DNA of 64,000 bases from an uncultured Gammaproteobacteria bacterium (GCA_964431805.1 CAYSKV010000001.1:61698-125697), one strand, 5' to 3'. Numbered from the stretch's first letter, positions 33,728 through 43,910 are shown. Numbers and translations: made by a program. The notes: generated from the sequence alone by a model not told the origin.

Positions 33728-34537
33728 ATGGAAAAAATAGCCTTGCCTCAAAAAATAGAATTTGTTAAAGGTTCGGGAGCGAACAATAAACAAATTATTA
33801 TTGAGCCATGTTATCCAGGTTATGGCGCGACTATCGGCAACGCTTTAAGGAGGGTATTGTTATCTTCTTTGCCCGGAGCCGCTGTTGTTGGCGTAAAAAT
33901 TAAAGACGCTAACCACGAGTTTATGACTTTGCCACATGTTAAGGAAGATATTTTAGAACTTGTTTTAAATTTAAAAAAATTGCGCTTAAAAGTTTTTAGC
34001 GATGAAATCGTAAGAATTGAACTTGATGCTAGGGGAGAAAAAGAAGTTAAAGCTTCTGATATAAAGAAAAATAGTTTAGTTGAAATAGCTAATCCTGATT
34101 TAGTCTTAGGCCATATTACCGATATGGCCGGTAGCCTAAGTATGGAAATTTTCGTTTCTCAAGGTTCAGGCTATGTAACTGTTGAAAGTAGAGAAGGCGC
34201 TAAAAATGAAATCGGCTACATTGAAATGGATTCAATTTTTTCTCCGATTTTAGCGGTTGGCGTAAATATTGAAAATGTTCGTATCGGAAAAATGACAAAC
34301 TGGGATAAATTAGTTTTAGATTTAACCACTGACGGCACCATAACTCCCGAAGAAGCTTTTTATAAATCAGTTGATATTTTGATAGGCCAATTTAATGCTT
34401 TAGTTAAAAAAACTGACAAAAAAGAAGTGGTGGAAGAAAAAGAAGAAAAAACCGAAGTTGAAGAGGTTGAGGAAGAGACAGAAGAAGCTGAAGAAGACAA
34501 AAAATCTAAAAAAAGAGGTAGACCAAAGAAAAATTAA
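33728..34537 (+). CDS. rpoA: DNA-directed RNA polymerase alpha subunit, N-terminal domain only, with acidic tail and AT-hook
   Basis: The alpha-NTD sequence (GYGATIGNALRRVLLSSLPGAAV..) ends near aa 226. The last 43 aa are KKTDKKEVVEEKEEKTEVEEVEEETEEAEEDKKSKKRGRPKKN. Confidence 0.9.
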   Translation: MEKIALPQKIEFVKGSGANNKQIIIEPCYPGYGATIGNALRRVLLSSLPGAAVVGVKIKDANHEFMTLPHVKEDILELVLNLKKLRLKVFSDEIVRIELDARGEKEVKASDIKKNSLVEIANPDLVLGHITDMAGSLSMEIFVSQGSGYVTVESREGAKNEIGYIEMDSIFSPILAVGVNIENVRIGKMTNWDKLVLDLTTDGTITPEEAFYKSVDILIGQFNALVKKTDKKEVVEEKEEKTEVEEVEEETEEAEEDKKSKKRGRPKKN

Positions 34538-34550
34538 TTAGATTCAATAT

Positions 34551-34901
34551 ATGAGACATAGAGTAAAAGGAAAAAAATTAGATAGAAAAAAAGCGCCGAG
34601 AGAAGCCATGTTAAAAAATCTAGCTTCAAGTATTATTATTTATGAAAAAGTTAAAACTACCGAAGCTAAAGCCAAGGCGGTAAAACCGCTGCTTGAAAAA
34701 GTTATTACTACGGCGATAAAGGGTGATTTAGCCAGCCGACGCGAATTAATAAAAATTCTACCCCAAAAAATGGCAATAAAAAAGGTTATGGAAATTTTAG
34801 CTGTTAGATATAAGGCAAGGCATGGCGGTTATTCAAGAATTGTAAAATTAGGCAAAAGAATTGGCGATAACGCGAGTGTGGTACAAATTGAATTAGTCTA
34901 A
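34551..34901 (+). CDS. rplQ: 50S ribosomal protein L17
   Basis: MRHRVKGKKLDRKKAPREAMLKNLASSII..GGYSRIVKLG. Confidence 0.93.
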   Translation: MRHRVKGKKLDRKKAPREAMLKNLASSIIIYEKVKTTEAKAKAVKPLLEKVITTAIKGDLASRRELIKILPQKMAIKKVMEILAVRYKARHGGYSRIVKLGKRIGDNASVVQIELV

Positions 34902-34927
34902 AGTCCTTAAAAACTTTTAAAAATACT

Positions 34928-35275
34928 ATGATAAAAATAGAAAGAAAACTTCATAAAATTGACGCCAAAGATAAATCTATTGGTAGATTAGCTACGCAAA
35001 TAGCTTTAATTTTACGAGGCAAAAATAAAGCTGAGTATTTACCTCATTTAGATATGGGCGATATGGTTCAAGTAGTAAATATAGATAAAATTAAATTCAC
35101 CGGTAAAAAAATTGAACAAAAAAAGTATTATAAATATTCTGGTTACCCGGGCGGTTTAAAAACTAAAAAAATAATTGATTTAAAACCGGCTGATGTTTTA
35201 AAAAGAGCGGTTAGAGATATGCTACCGCCAACTAAACATAGAGTAAACATGCTAAAAAGATTAATCATAAATTAA
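34928..35275 (+). CDS. rplM: 50S ribosomal protein L13 (short)
   Basis: DAKDKSIGRLATQIALILRGKNK..YSGYPGGLK..MLP; sits in the rplM-rpsI pair. Confidence 0.88.
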   Translation: MIKIERKLHKIDAKDKSIGRLATQIALILRGKNKAEYLPHLDMGDMVQVVNIDKIKFTGKKIEQKKYYKYSGYPGGLKTKKIIDLKPADVLKRAVRDMLPPTKHRVNMLKRLIIN

Positions 35276-35276
35276 T

Positions 35277-35696
35277 ATGACAGCAACAGAAGCTACAAAA
35301 TTTAAAGGAAAATTTACTAACACAATCGGCCGAAGAAAAACTTCAACCGCTCGAGTTAGGCTTTATAAAAACGGCGAGGGTTTAATTATTGTTAATGGGA
35401 TGGAAGCTAATAAATATTTTTCAGAAGAAGACTTATTTTCGATCATTAACCAACCGTTAAAATTAGCTGGCTTAACTAAAGATTTTAATATATCAATTAA
35501 TATCGCTGGCGGCGGTAAAAAAGGCCAAGCCGAAGCTGTACGACATGGTATTGCTCGCGCTTTGCTTGAATTTAACCCTGAATTAAGGGCCTCGTTTAAA
35601 GTAAAAGGCTGGATTATGAGAGACGCCAGAAAAAAAGAGAGAAAGAAACCGGGCCTGAAGAAAGCTCGCCGAGCGCCGCAATGGGCAAAGAGATAA
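35277..35696 (+). CDS. rpsI: 30S ribosomal protein S9
   Basis: GRRKTSTARVRL..GGGKKGQAEAVRHGIARAL..DARKKERKKPGLKKARRAPQWAKR. Confidence 0.95.
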   Translation: MTATEATKFKGKFTNTIGRRKTSTARVRLYKNGEGLIIVNGMEANKYFSEEDLFSIINQPLKLAGLTKDFNISINIAGGGKKGQAEAVRHGIARALLEFNPELRASFKVKGWIMRDARKKERKKPGLKKARRAPQWAKR

Positions 35697-35721
35697 AATT
35701 ATTATAGATATCACATTAATA

Positions 35722-35753
35722 AAACTCCGAAAATCATCGGAGTTTTATTTTTT
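35722..35753 (+). terminator. Rho-independent terminator of the ribosomal protein cluster
   Basis: AAACTCCGA-AAATCA-TCGGAGTTT followed by TATTTTTT. Confidence 0.8.
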
Positions 35754-35851
35754 ATTAAAAATAAGCTATAATATACACATAATTTACCCGCACACTTACG
35801 ATAATTATTGATTTTATTGTGCGGAAGATTTATTAATAAGTGCGCCGGTTT

Positions 35852-37297
35852 ATGACTGAAAAAATTACTAACATTGCTAAAAATACTTCTTATTTTACTT
35901 TAGCTTTGGTGCTACAAAAAATAATATCTTTTACTTATTTTGTTTTAATCGCTCGCGCTATCGGCCCGGCTGATTTAGGCAAATACTATTTTGCGATTTC
36001 TTTTACTTCTATCTTCGGAATTTTTATTGATATCGGCCAATCTAATGTTTTAACTAGGGAAGTGGCTAAACATCCGGATGACACCGGGAAACTCCTTAGC
36101 TCAGTTTTTTTAATTAAACTGCCCTTAGCCTTAGTTTCAATTTTGGCAGTTTTTGGCATTATTCATTTTTCTTCTTATCCCGAAATAACTCGCCAATTGG
36201 TTTATCTCTCAATGTTTTGCATGGCGTTAGACTCTTTTACTTTAACTTTTTTTGCAGTCAGCCGAGGTTTTCATAATTTAAAATATGAAAGCATTTCTTC
36301 CATTATTTTTCAATCAATCGTTTTTATTGTAGTTTTAGCTGTTTTAAAATTTGACTTAGGGTTAGTTTGGTTAATGATGTCTTTAGTTTTAGCAAGCCTG
36401 TACAATTTTGTCTTTTCATTTTACATTTTAAAAAAGAAATGGGGGCTTAAAATTAATTGGCGACCAGACAAGATATTAATAAAAAATATATTGCTACTAT
36501 CTTTGCCTTTCGCCGTTTATGCGATTTTCCAAAGAGTTTATATGTACCTTGATTCGGTTTTATTGTCATTTTTGGCCGGCGATCATCAAGTCGGCGTTTA
36601 TCAAATCCCTTTTAAAATTATTTTTGCTTTGCAATTTTTACCCTTAGCTTTTGTAGCTTCGCTTTTCCCAGCCTTAAGTTCTTATTGGCATAATAACCGC
36701 GAGCAGCTTTCTATAACTTTTGAACGCGCCATGAATTATTTAATTATTATTTCATTGCCGGTTTCGGTCGGCGGTATAATTTTAGCTGATAAAATAATTA
36801 TCATTTTTAAAAGCGGTTTTTCTGACGCGATTTTACCTTTGCAAATAACTATGGCGGCGGCTATTTTTATGTTTTTAAATTTTCCGGTCGGCTCTTTATT
36901 GAATGCCTGTGATCGTCAAAATAGAAATACTATAAATATGGGCTTGACTCTAGTCGCGAGCGTTATCCTAAACTTAATTTTAATACCCCGCTATCAGGCG
37001 GTCGGCGCCAGTCTAACCGCGCTATTAACTAATTTATTTATGTTTATTTTAGGTATGATAGTAGTGCCGCAAATTTCTAAATATGACTATAAAAAAATAA
37101 TAATCATGTTATTTAAATCTTTCTTGGCGGTAGTGGTTATGGGTTTAGTTGGTTATTATTTAAAAAATCAAATAAATCTTATTTTAACAATTTTATTAGC
37201 CGGCATTAGTTATTTTATCGCTTTATATATTTTTAAAGGTTTTAATAAATCTGATATTTTAAGTATTTATCAATCTTTTAGTAAAAACAAGGCATGA
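35852..37297 (+). CDS. Polysaccharide flippase (Wzx/MOP superfamily)
   Basis: ~480 aa with 12-14 hydrophobic helices, at the head of a glycosyltransferase locus. ATG 35852 is preferred to GTG 35840. Confidence 0.7.
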   Translation: MTEKITNIAKNTSYFTLALVLQKIISFTYFVLIARAIGPADLGKYYFAISFTSIFGIFIDIGQSNVLTREVAKHPDDTGKLLSSVFLIKLPLALVSILAVFGIIHFSSYPEITRQLVYLSMFCMALDSFTLTFFAVSRGFHNLKYESISSIIFQSIVFIVVLAVLKFDLGLVWLMMSLVLASLYNFVFSFYILKKKWGLKINWRPDKILIKNILLLSLPFAVYAIFQRVYMYLDSVLLSFLAGDHQVGVYQIPFKIIFALQFLPLAFVASLFPALSSYWHNNREQLSITFERAMNYLIIISLPVSVGGIILADKIIIIFKSGFSDAILPLQITMAAAIFMFLNFPVGSLLNACDRQNRNTINMGLTLVASVILNLILIPRYQAVGASLTALLTNLFMFILGMIVVPQISKYDYKKIIIMLFKSFLAVVVMGLVGYYLKNQINLILTILLAGISYFIALYIFKGFNKSDILSIYQSFSKNKA

Positions 37298-38358
37298 AAA
37301 CTCTACTTTTTACATTAGAATATCCGCCTTTCCATGGCGGCGTTGCTAATTACTACGGTAATTTAGTTAAATATTGGCCTAAGCCTAATGAAATTTTTGT
37401 GCTTAATAATAGCGACGGTCGTTTAGTTAATGAAAAGTTCCCGTTACTTAAATGGTCGCCGGCATGTTTTTCTTTGCGCAAAAAAATAAGACAAGAAAAA
37501 ATTGACCATGTTTTAATCGGTCAAATTTTACCTTTAGGGACGGCTGCATTAATTTACTCAAAATTTTATAAAATAAAATATTCTATTTTTCTTCATGGCA
37601 TGGATTTATCTTGCGCCGTTAAAAGCCCAAGAAAAAAATGGCTAACCGGAAAAATTCTAAAAAACGCTAACAAAATAATTTGCGTTAATAGTTATGTGGC
37701 CGATTTAGCTAGACAAATTTTTCCCGATATAAAATATAAAATTATCGTAGTTAACCCAGGCATAAATACCGACGCCAAAGATAACGCGCAACAAACTATA
37801 CAACTAAAAGAAAAATATCATTTAGAAAATAAAATGGTTTTATTATCCGTCGGCAGATTAGTTAAACGCAAAGGTTTTGATATGGTGGTTGATTGTTTGC
37901 CAAAAATATTAGAAAAAATTCCTAATTTAATTTATGTGATGATTGGCGATGGGCCTGAATTAAAAAATTATCAATCAAAAAATAATGTTTTAATTATTAA
38001 TAATGCATCCGACCAAGAAAGAGATTCATGGTATAATTTATGTGACATTTTCATTATGCCATCAAGAAATATCAACGGAGATTTTGAAGGCTTTGGCATT
38101 GTTTATTTAGAGGCTAACTTAGCCGGTAAACCGGTAATCGCTGGTAAAAGCGGAGGAATTAGCGATGCTGTAATAGATGGTTTAAATGGTTTATTAGTTG
38201 ATCCTTTAAGTTCTGACCAAATTGTCTCAGCTATTATTAAGCTAGCCCAAGACCAAGCTTTAAGGCAAAAATTGGGCGGGCAAGGCAAAGCGCGCGCAAT
38301 CGATGATTTTAATTGGCCTAAGCAAACTAACAAAATATATAATTTTCTTATTTTATGA
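37294..38358 (+). CDS. Glycosyltransferase family 1
   Basis: EGFGIVYLEANLAGKPVIAGKSGG; 4-nt overlap with its neighbours. Confidence 0.85.
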   Translation: MKTLLFTLEYPPFHGGVANYYGNLVKYWPKPNEIFVLNNSDGRLVNEKFPLLKWSPACFSLRKKIRQEKIDHVLIGQILPLGTAALIYSKFYKIKYSIFLHGMDLSCAVKSPRKKWLTGKILKNANKIICVNSYVADLARQIFPDIKYKIIVVNPGINTDAKDNAQQTIQLKEKYHLENKMVLLSVGRLVKRKGFDMVVDCLPKILEKIPNLIYVMIGDGPELKNYQSKNNVLIINNASDQERDSWYNLCDIFIMPSRNINGDFEGFGIVYLEANLAGKPVIAGKSGGISDAVIDGLNGLLVDPLSSDQIVSAIIKLAQDQALRQKLGGQGKARAIDDFNWPKQTNKIYNFLIL

Positions 38359-39047
38359 TAAGCATTATCATACCTACCTACAATCAAGCCGAACATTTAG
38401 CTAATTGTTTAGCTAGTATTAAAAAACAAACCCACGATAATTATGAAATTATTATAATTAACGACGGCTCAACAGATAATATTATAAAAATAATTGAAAA
38501 ATTTAAAAAGATTTTCGGCTTAAAATTATCTTATTTTGAGCAAGAAAACAGGGGAGCTAATGCGGCCAGAAATAGGGGCGCTAAACTAGCTAAAGGAGAG
38601 TACATAATTTTTTGCGATGCTGATGTTGTTATGGAATCGACTATGCTTGAGTTAATGTTAAAAACTTTAAAAGATAATCCGAACGCTAGTTTTTGCTATT
38701 CATCATTTTTTTGGGGTCATAAAAAATTTAAACTCTGGCCTTATGATACATCACGACTTAAACAAATGCCATGCATTAACATTAACTCTTTAATAAAAAA
38801 GGGGCATTTCCCCGGCTTTGATGAAACTTTAAAAAAATTTCAAGAGTGGGATCTTTGGCTTACCATGCTTAGAGAAAATCATACTGGCGTTTGGGTTGAC
38901 AAAACATTATATAGAGTTGCCGTCGGCGGCACGCAGACTATGAGCAACTGGCTGCCATCTTTCGCTTATAGATTATTTCCCTTTTTGCCAGCAGTAAAAA
39001 AATATAATCAAGCCATGGGCATAATTAAAAAAAAGCATAACTTATAA
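38355..39047 (+). CDS. Glycosyltransferase family 2
   Basis: SIIIPTYNQAEHL, IIINDGSTD, FCDADV motifs. Confidence 0.85.
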   Translation: MISIIIPTYNQAEHLANCLASIKKQTHDNYEIIIINDGSTDNIIKIIEKFKKIFGLKLSYFEQENRGANAARNRGAKLAKGEYIIFCDADVVMESTMLELMLKTLKDNPNASFCYSSFFWGHKKFKLWPYDTSRLKQMPCININSLIKKGHFPGFDETLKKFQEWDLWLTMLRENHTGVWVDKTLYRVAVGGTQTMSNWLPSFAYRLFPFLPAVKKYNQAMGIIKKKHNL

Positions 39048-39050
39048 ATC

Positions 39051-40550
39051 ATGCTTAACCAATTAATAAATAATAAAATTATTAGAAATACATTTTTATT
39101 TATAATTTTAGCCGAAGCGCTATCGTTTTTAGGTTACTATTATCAAATAATTAATTCTATCGCATTTTTTGCTATAGCAATTTTAGTTCTAGTTTTATCA
39201 TTATACCGCTTGGAATATGGCCTGTTTGTTCTTTTAACCGAACTTTTAATCGGCTCTTTTGGTTATTTACTTTATTTTGAAACCGGCGGTTTAAAAATTT
39301 CTATTCGCATCGCGCTTTGGCTAATTATTATGTCGGTTTGGTTAGCTAAAGAAACTATTAAATTTATAAAAACTAAAAAGATAGAATTAGATTTTTTCCG
39401 TTCGTCTTATTTATTTTATTTTTTAGCTTTATTTATTTTTATCGTTTTTGGCATGATAAACGGATTTTTAAAAAATAACTCCCTAAATAACATCTTCTTT
39501 GATTCTAACAACTGGCTTTATTTTTCGCTGATTTTTCCAGTTTTCTCTGTTTTAAAAAACGACGATAATATAAAAACCGTTAAACAAATATTTTTAGTAT
39601 CTATAAGTTGGCTTAGCATAAAAACGATTATTTTAGCCTATATTTTTTCACATAGCTTTAATTTCTTTATTTTAGATCTTTATCTCTGGGTGCGCCGTAG
39701 CGGAGTAGGGGAAATAACTCAAGTTATCCCGGGGTTTAGCCGAATATTTATGCAATCTCATATTTTTATTTTAATGGGATTTTTTATTTTACTGTTTTAT
39801 TTATTAAAAAATTTAAAAGAAAAGCCAGCTACTTTAAATAAGGAAAATTTTGCCTTAATTGGATTTAGCACTTTACTTTTGTCAACTATTATAATTAGTT
39901 TTTCCAGAAGTTTTTGGCTAGGGCTGGTGACTGGAGCAATATTTATCTTACTGATAGTTATTACAAAATTAAAAATCGGTTTTAAAAAATTTATTGTTTT
40001 TAATTCGATAATCGCGCTGACTATTATTTTAAGTTTGATTTTAACTCTATTAATTATAAAATTTCCTTACCCAAAACCGGCAGGTAATTTTGACGCCGCT
40101 AATTTACTAAGTGAAAGAGCCACTCAAATTACTAATGAAGCTGGCGCTTCTTCAAGGTGGCAACTACTGCCTGAGCTATGGCAAAAAATTAAACTTGGGC
40201 CGATTTTAGGACGAGGCTTCGGCGCTACCGTAACTTACAAAAGTAATGACCCCAGAGTTTTAGCGACGAATTATGGAGGCGAATATACGACTTATGCCTT
40301 TGAATGGGGTTGGTTTGATATTTGGCTAAAACTTGGAATTTTAGGTTTATTAGGATATCTAATTTTACTTACTAAAATTATTTTTGATAGTTTAAAAATT
40401 AATTCTTATCTTTCTTTATCGCTCGCCACAGGTTTAATTTTAATATTGTCAGTTAACATGTTTAGTCCATATGCCAATCATCCTTTAGGCATAGGCTATT
40501 TAATAATCGCGGCAGTAATGATGGAAAATTTAAAAACACCCTTGCGCTAA
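39051..40550 (+). CDS. O-antigen ligase/polymerase (Wzy)-like membrane protein
   Basis: 499 aa with more than 10 hydrophobic helices and a periplasmic-type loop (NEAGASSRWQLLPELWQKI..GRGFG). Confidence 0.6.
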   Translation: MLNQLINNKIIRNTFLFIILAEALSFLGYYYQIINSIAFFAIAILVLVLSLYRLEYGLFVLLTELLIGSFGYLLYFETGGLKISIRIALWLIIMSVWLAKETIKFIKTKKIELDFFRSSYLFYFLALFIFIVFGMINGFLKNNSLNNIFFDSNNWLYFSLIFPVFSVLKNDDNIKTVKQIFLVSISWLSIKTIILAYIFSHSFNFFILDLYLWVRRSGVGEITQVIPGFSRIFMQSHIFILMGFFILLFYLLKNLKEKPATLNKENFALIGFSTLLLSTIIISFSRSFWLGLVTGAIFILLIVITKLKIGFKKFIVFNSIIALTIILSLILTLLIIKFPYPKPAGNFDAANLLSERATQITNEAGASSRWQLLPELWQKIKLGPILGRGFGATVTYKSNDPRVLATNYGGEYTTYAFEWGWFDIWLKLGILGLLGYLILLTKIIFDSLKINSYLSLSLATGLILILSVNMFSPYANHPLGIGYLIIAAVMMENLKTPLR

Positions 40551-40634
40551 TTTTAAATATCCTGTATATTATAGATTATGTAAATTTAATAAATCTTCGC
40601 GACTTTTTAAAAACGCGACGATAAATAAAAAATT

Positions 40635-41093
40635 ATGCCTGATCAAATTATCTCCCAAGAAGGCTATGATAAATTAAAAAAAGAACTTGACGATAGAATT
40701 AATATCAAAAGATTAGAAATTGCCAGCCGCATTGAAACGGCCAAAGAACTCGGCGATTTAAGCGAAAACGCCGAATATGCCGAAGCTAAAGATGAACAAG
40801 CTTTTAACGACGGGAGAATAGGCGAGCTAACGGCTTTATTAAAAAATGTTACAGTAGTACAAAATAATGGCGATAAGCATAAAATCGGCATGGGTTCAAA
40901 AGTAACCGCTGTGGCCGAAGGCAAAACCAAAGAATTCACAATTGTAAGTTTTAATGAAGCTAACCCGACCGAAGGTAAAATCTCTAATGAATCGCCTCTA
41001 GGCGTAGCTTTTATCGGAAAAAAGAAAGGCGAAAAAATAACGGTTACTACCCCTCGCGGTAACATAATTTACGAGATTTTAAGCGTTAAATAA
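40635..41093 (+). CDS. greA: Transcription elongation factor GreA
   Basis: ELGDLSENAEYAEAKDEQ acidic tip and a C-terminal FKBP-like domain; 152 aa. Confidence 0.92.
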   Translation: MPDQIISQEGYDKLKKELDDRINIKRLEIASRIETAKELGDLSENAEYAEAKDEQAFNDGRIGELTALLKNVTVVQNNGDKHKIGMGSKVTAVAEGKTKEFTIVSFNEANPTEGKISNESPLGVAFIGKKKGEKITVTTPRGNIIYEILSVK

Positions 41094-41109
41094 AAATATA
41101 GTGCTCTAA

Positions 41110-41139
41110 AATAAGCTTTAAAATAAGCTTATTTTTTTA
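41110..41139 (+). terminator. Rho-independent terminator
   Basis: AATAAGCTT-TAAAAT-AAGCTTATT followed by TTTTTT. Confidence 0.7.
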
Positions 41140-41173
41140 TTCCCATATTTAACTTCTAAGTATGGGATAAATT

Positions 41174-41202
41174 TTGACTTTTAGCTTAAATTGGGGTAAA
41201 AT
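41174..41202 (+). promoter_or_regulatory. Promoter TTGACT-17 nt-TAAAAT
   Basis: Upstream of lysS. Confidence 0.5.
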
Positions 41203-41237
41203 ATTATCATTAATCAAAAAATAAATTAAAGCATAAT

Positions 41238-42701
41238 ATGACTGAAAAAATAAATGAACGTGAAGATCGACTTAAAAAATTAGCGGAATTAAAAAAAATA
41301 AATATTAATCCTTATCCGGCAAAAACAGAAAAAAGCGATTCTATAAATAAAACGCTAACTGACTTTGAAAAATTACAGAAAAATAATACTGAATTAAAAA
41401 TAGCTGGCAGGTTAAGAAGTTTAAGAGCCCATGGCAACCTAACTTTTTCTAACCTAGAAGATGGCAGCGGTAAAATTCAACTAGCGTTTTCTAAAAAGGA
41501 GATTGGCGCCGATAGTTATAAACTTTTTTCTAAATATATTGATATCGGGGATTTTATCCAAATTTCCGGTACAGTTTTTTTAACCCACAACGGCGAAAAA
41601 AGTATTATGGTTAAAAATTGGAAAATACTAACTAAAGCCATTAGGCCTTTGCCGGAAAAATGGCACGGCTTAGCCGACGAAGAAGAATCGTTAAGAAAAC
41701 GCTATTTAGATATTTTATTTAATGACGAAGTAAGGGAAACGTTTATAAAACGCGCTAAATTTTGGCAAGCCACGCGCGATTTTTTAATTAAACATAATTT
41801 TTTAGAAGTTGAAACGCCGGTCTTAGAAAATACTACCGGCGGAGCTGACGCTAAACCTTTTACAACTCATCATAACGCGCTTAACCTAGATGTTTATTTA
41901 AGAATTTCTATGGGTGAACTATGGCAAAAAAGATTAATGGTCGCTGGCTTCGAAAAAACTTTTGAAATCGGTCGACAATTTAGAAACGAAGGTATGGACG
42001 CTGAGCATTTACAAGATTACACACAAATGGAATTTTATTGGGCTTACGCCGATTATGAGGCTGGCATGAAATTAGTAGAAGAATTATTTAAATATATTGC
42101 AGAAAAAACCTTCGGCACGCTTAAATTTAAAATTAAGAAATTTGAAGTTGATTTAAGCAAAAAATGGGAACGTTATGATTATCGAGAGACTGTAAAAAAA
42201 TATACGAATATTGATATTTTAGATACTGATATAAAAAAAATTGAAGCAAAACTTAAAGAGTTAAAAGTGGAATATGATAAAAAGGGCTTTAATAAAACTC
42301 GCGCTATAGATAATTTATGGAAATATTGCCGAAAGCAAATTTGCGGTCCAGGCTTTTTAGTCGGCGTACCGGTTGAGGTTTCTCCGCTAGCTAAAAGAGA
42401 TGAAGCGCATCCTGAATTAAGCCAAAGATTTCAAGTAATTATCGCCGGTTCGGAATTAGGTAATGGTTATAGCGAATTAAACGATCCGCTTGATCAAGCT
42501 GAAAGATTTAAAGAACAGGTTAAATTAAGAGAAGCCGGCGATGAAGAAGCGCAAATGTTTGATCAAGAATTCGTTGAAGCTTTAGAATATGGCATGCCGC
42601 CGACCTGTGGCTTTGGTTTTAGCGAACGCGTATTTTCTTATTTAATGGATAAACCAGCGCGCGAATGCCAAATTTTCCCATTAATGAAACCAAAAAATTA
42701 A
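41238..42701 (+). CDS. lysS: Lysine--tRNA ligase (class II)
   Basis: OB anticodon-binding domain followed by class II motifs (FRNEGMD.., GFGFSERV). Confidence 0.93.
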   Translation: MTEKINEREDRLKKLAELKKININPYPAKTEKSDSINKTLTDFEKLQKNNTELKIAGRLRSLRAHGNLTFSNLEDGSGKIQLAFSKKEIGADSYKLFSKYIDIGDFIQISGTVFLTHNGEKSIMVKNWKILTKAIRPLPEKWHGLADEEESLRKRYLDILFNDEVRETFIKRAKFWQATRDFLIKHNFLEVETPVLENTTGGADAKPFTTHHNALNLDVYLRISMGELWQKRLMVAGFEKTFEIGRQFRNEGMDAEHLQDYTQMEFYWAYADYEAGMKLVEELFKYIAEKTFGTLKFKIKKFEVDLSKKWERYDYRETVKKYTNIDILDTDIKKIEAKLKELKVEYDKKGFNKTRAIDNLWKYCRKQICGPGFLVGVPVEVSPLAKRDEAHPELSQRFQVIIAGSELGNGYSELNDPLDQAERFKEQVKLREAGDEEAQMFDQEFVEALEYGMPPTCGFGFSERVFSYLMDKPARECQIFPLMKPKN

Positions 42702-42716
42702 TAACATAAAAAATTT

Positions 42717-43076
42717 ATGGACTTAGAAAGATTAGAGCCAGACTATACCCTGGAACCAATAGATCAAAAAACACCTGCACAAAAAAAATTAGACAAAATC
42801 AAAGGGTTAATGCCGTCCGGCGATATTGCCTATGATGTAAACAATTTTTTTGAAATAACGAACAGGAAAGATTTATATAGAAAAATTCACGCCGACAAAA
42901 ACCCTCGCACAGTTTTAGATACACTGAATATGATTAAGAAAGCTTGCCAAGAAATAATTAAAGATCCAGAAAATTTAACTTTTGTCAGCGAGGAAAAAAA
43001 ACAAGCGGAAATTGAAGCCATTGAAAGATTGATAGATTTTTATTCAAAAGAGTCTCCAGAAGAACAGAAAAAATAA
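42717..43076 (+). CDS. Hypothetical protein with degenerate J-domain-like segment
   Basis: DLYRKIHADKNP resembles the J-domain YRKLA..HPDKNP block but has HAD in place of HPD. Confidence 0.5.
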   Translation: MDLERLEPDYTLEPIDQKTPAQKKLDKIKGLMPSGDIAYDVNNFFEITNRKDLYRKIHADKNPRTVLDTLNMIKKACQEIIKDPENLTFVSEEKKQAEIEAIERLIDFYSKESPEEQKK

Positions 43077-43088
43077 CAATATAAAAAT

Positions 43089-43481
43089 ATGAAAACCGTC
43101 ATGGCTTTTGGAACTTTTGATATTTTACATCCCGGACATATTAATTTTTTAAAACAAGCAAATAAATACGGTAGCCTGATTGCAGTTATAGCGCGCGATA
43201 AGACGGCTAGAGAGGTTAAGGGTAAATTACCCAAATATAGAGAGAAAGAGCGCCTAAAAGCCATTTTAAGCCTAAATTTAACCAACAAAACGATATTAGG
43301 GAGCTTAAAAGACAAATATGCAGCTATAAAGAAATATAAACCAGACGTAATTGCTTTAGGTTATGACCAAACGCATTTTACTGAACAACTAGGAATTAAA
43401 CTAAAGGAATTAAATTTAAAAACAAAAATCGTTAGATTAAAACCCTACAAACCGGAAATTTACAAATCTTCTAAATTATGA
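43089..43481 (+). CDS. Cytidylyltransferase-family nucleotidyltransferase (RibL/TagD-like)
   Basis: MAFGTFDILHPGHINFLKQA (the (T/H)xGH motif); 130 aa. Confidence 0.7.
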   Translation: MKTVMAFGTFDILHPGHINFLKQANKYGSLIAVIARDKTAREVKGKLPKYREKERLKAILSLNLTNKTILGSLKDKYAAIKKYKPDVIALGYDQTHFTEQLGIKLKELNLKTKIVRLKPYKPEIYKSSKL

Positions 43482-43897
43482 AAATAACTATTTGCGGCAG
43501 TATTTCCAACGCGAAAAAAATTTACGAAATTATTAATGATCTTAAAAATAGGGGACATGAATTTTTTTCCCATGAATTAATGAAGCAATACGCCGAAGGC
43601 GACGAAAAAGTTATAGATAAAGTAAAAGCGGAGCATGCCAAACTTAAAATAGAAAACGATACTTTTAAATGGTATTATAATGCCATAAAAAATTCCGATG
43701 CCATATTAGTTTGCAATTTTGAAAAAAATAACATACCTGGCTATATCGGCGGCTCGGCTTTAATGGAAATAGGCTATGCTCATGTTTTAGATAAAAAAAT
43801 ATTTTTTCTTTACCCAGTCCCAGAAATTTCTTATAAAGAAGAATTAATTGCGGCTCAGCCGATTATTTTAAACGGTGATTTAAATAAAATAATTTAA
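43478..43897 (+). CDS. Nucleoside 2-deoxyribosyltransferase-like protein
   Basis: ICGSIS N-terminus and GGSALMEIGYAHVLDKKIFFL resemble the family pattern. Tentative. Confidence 0.45.
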   Translation: MKITICGSISNAKKIYEIINDLKNRGHEFFSHELMKQYAEGDEKVIDKVKAEHAKLKIENDTFKWYYNAIKNSDAILVCNFEKNNIPGYIGGSALMEIGYAHVLDKKIFFLYPVPEISYKEELIAAQPIILNGDLNKII

Positions 43898-43910
43898 ATA
43901 CAAAATAAAT

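Noticed and set aside
40664-41065. Antisense ORFs inside confident genes (for example 1191-1469, 6211-6528, 12141-12470, 20934-21242, 40664-41065, 45444-45755, 46597-46953).
   Set aside because: Each is fully embedded opposite a strongly supported CDS, has low-complexity or serine/leucine-rich translation, and has no independent signals.
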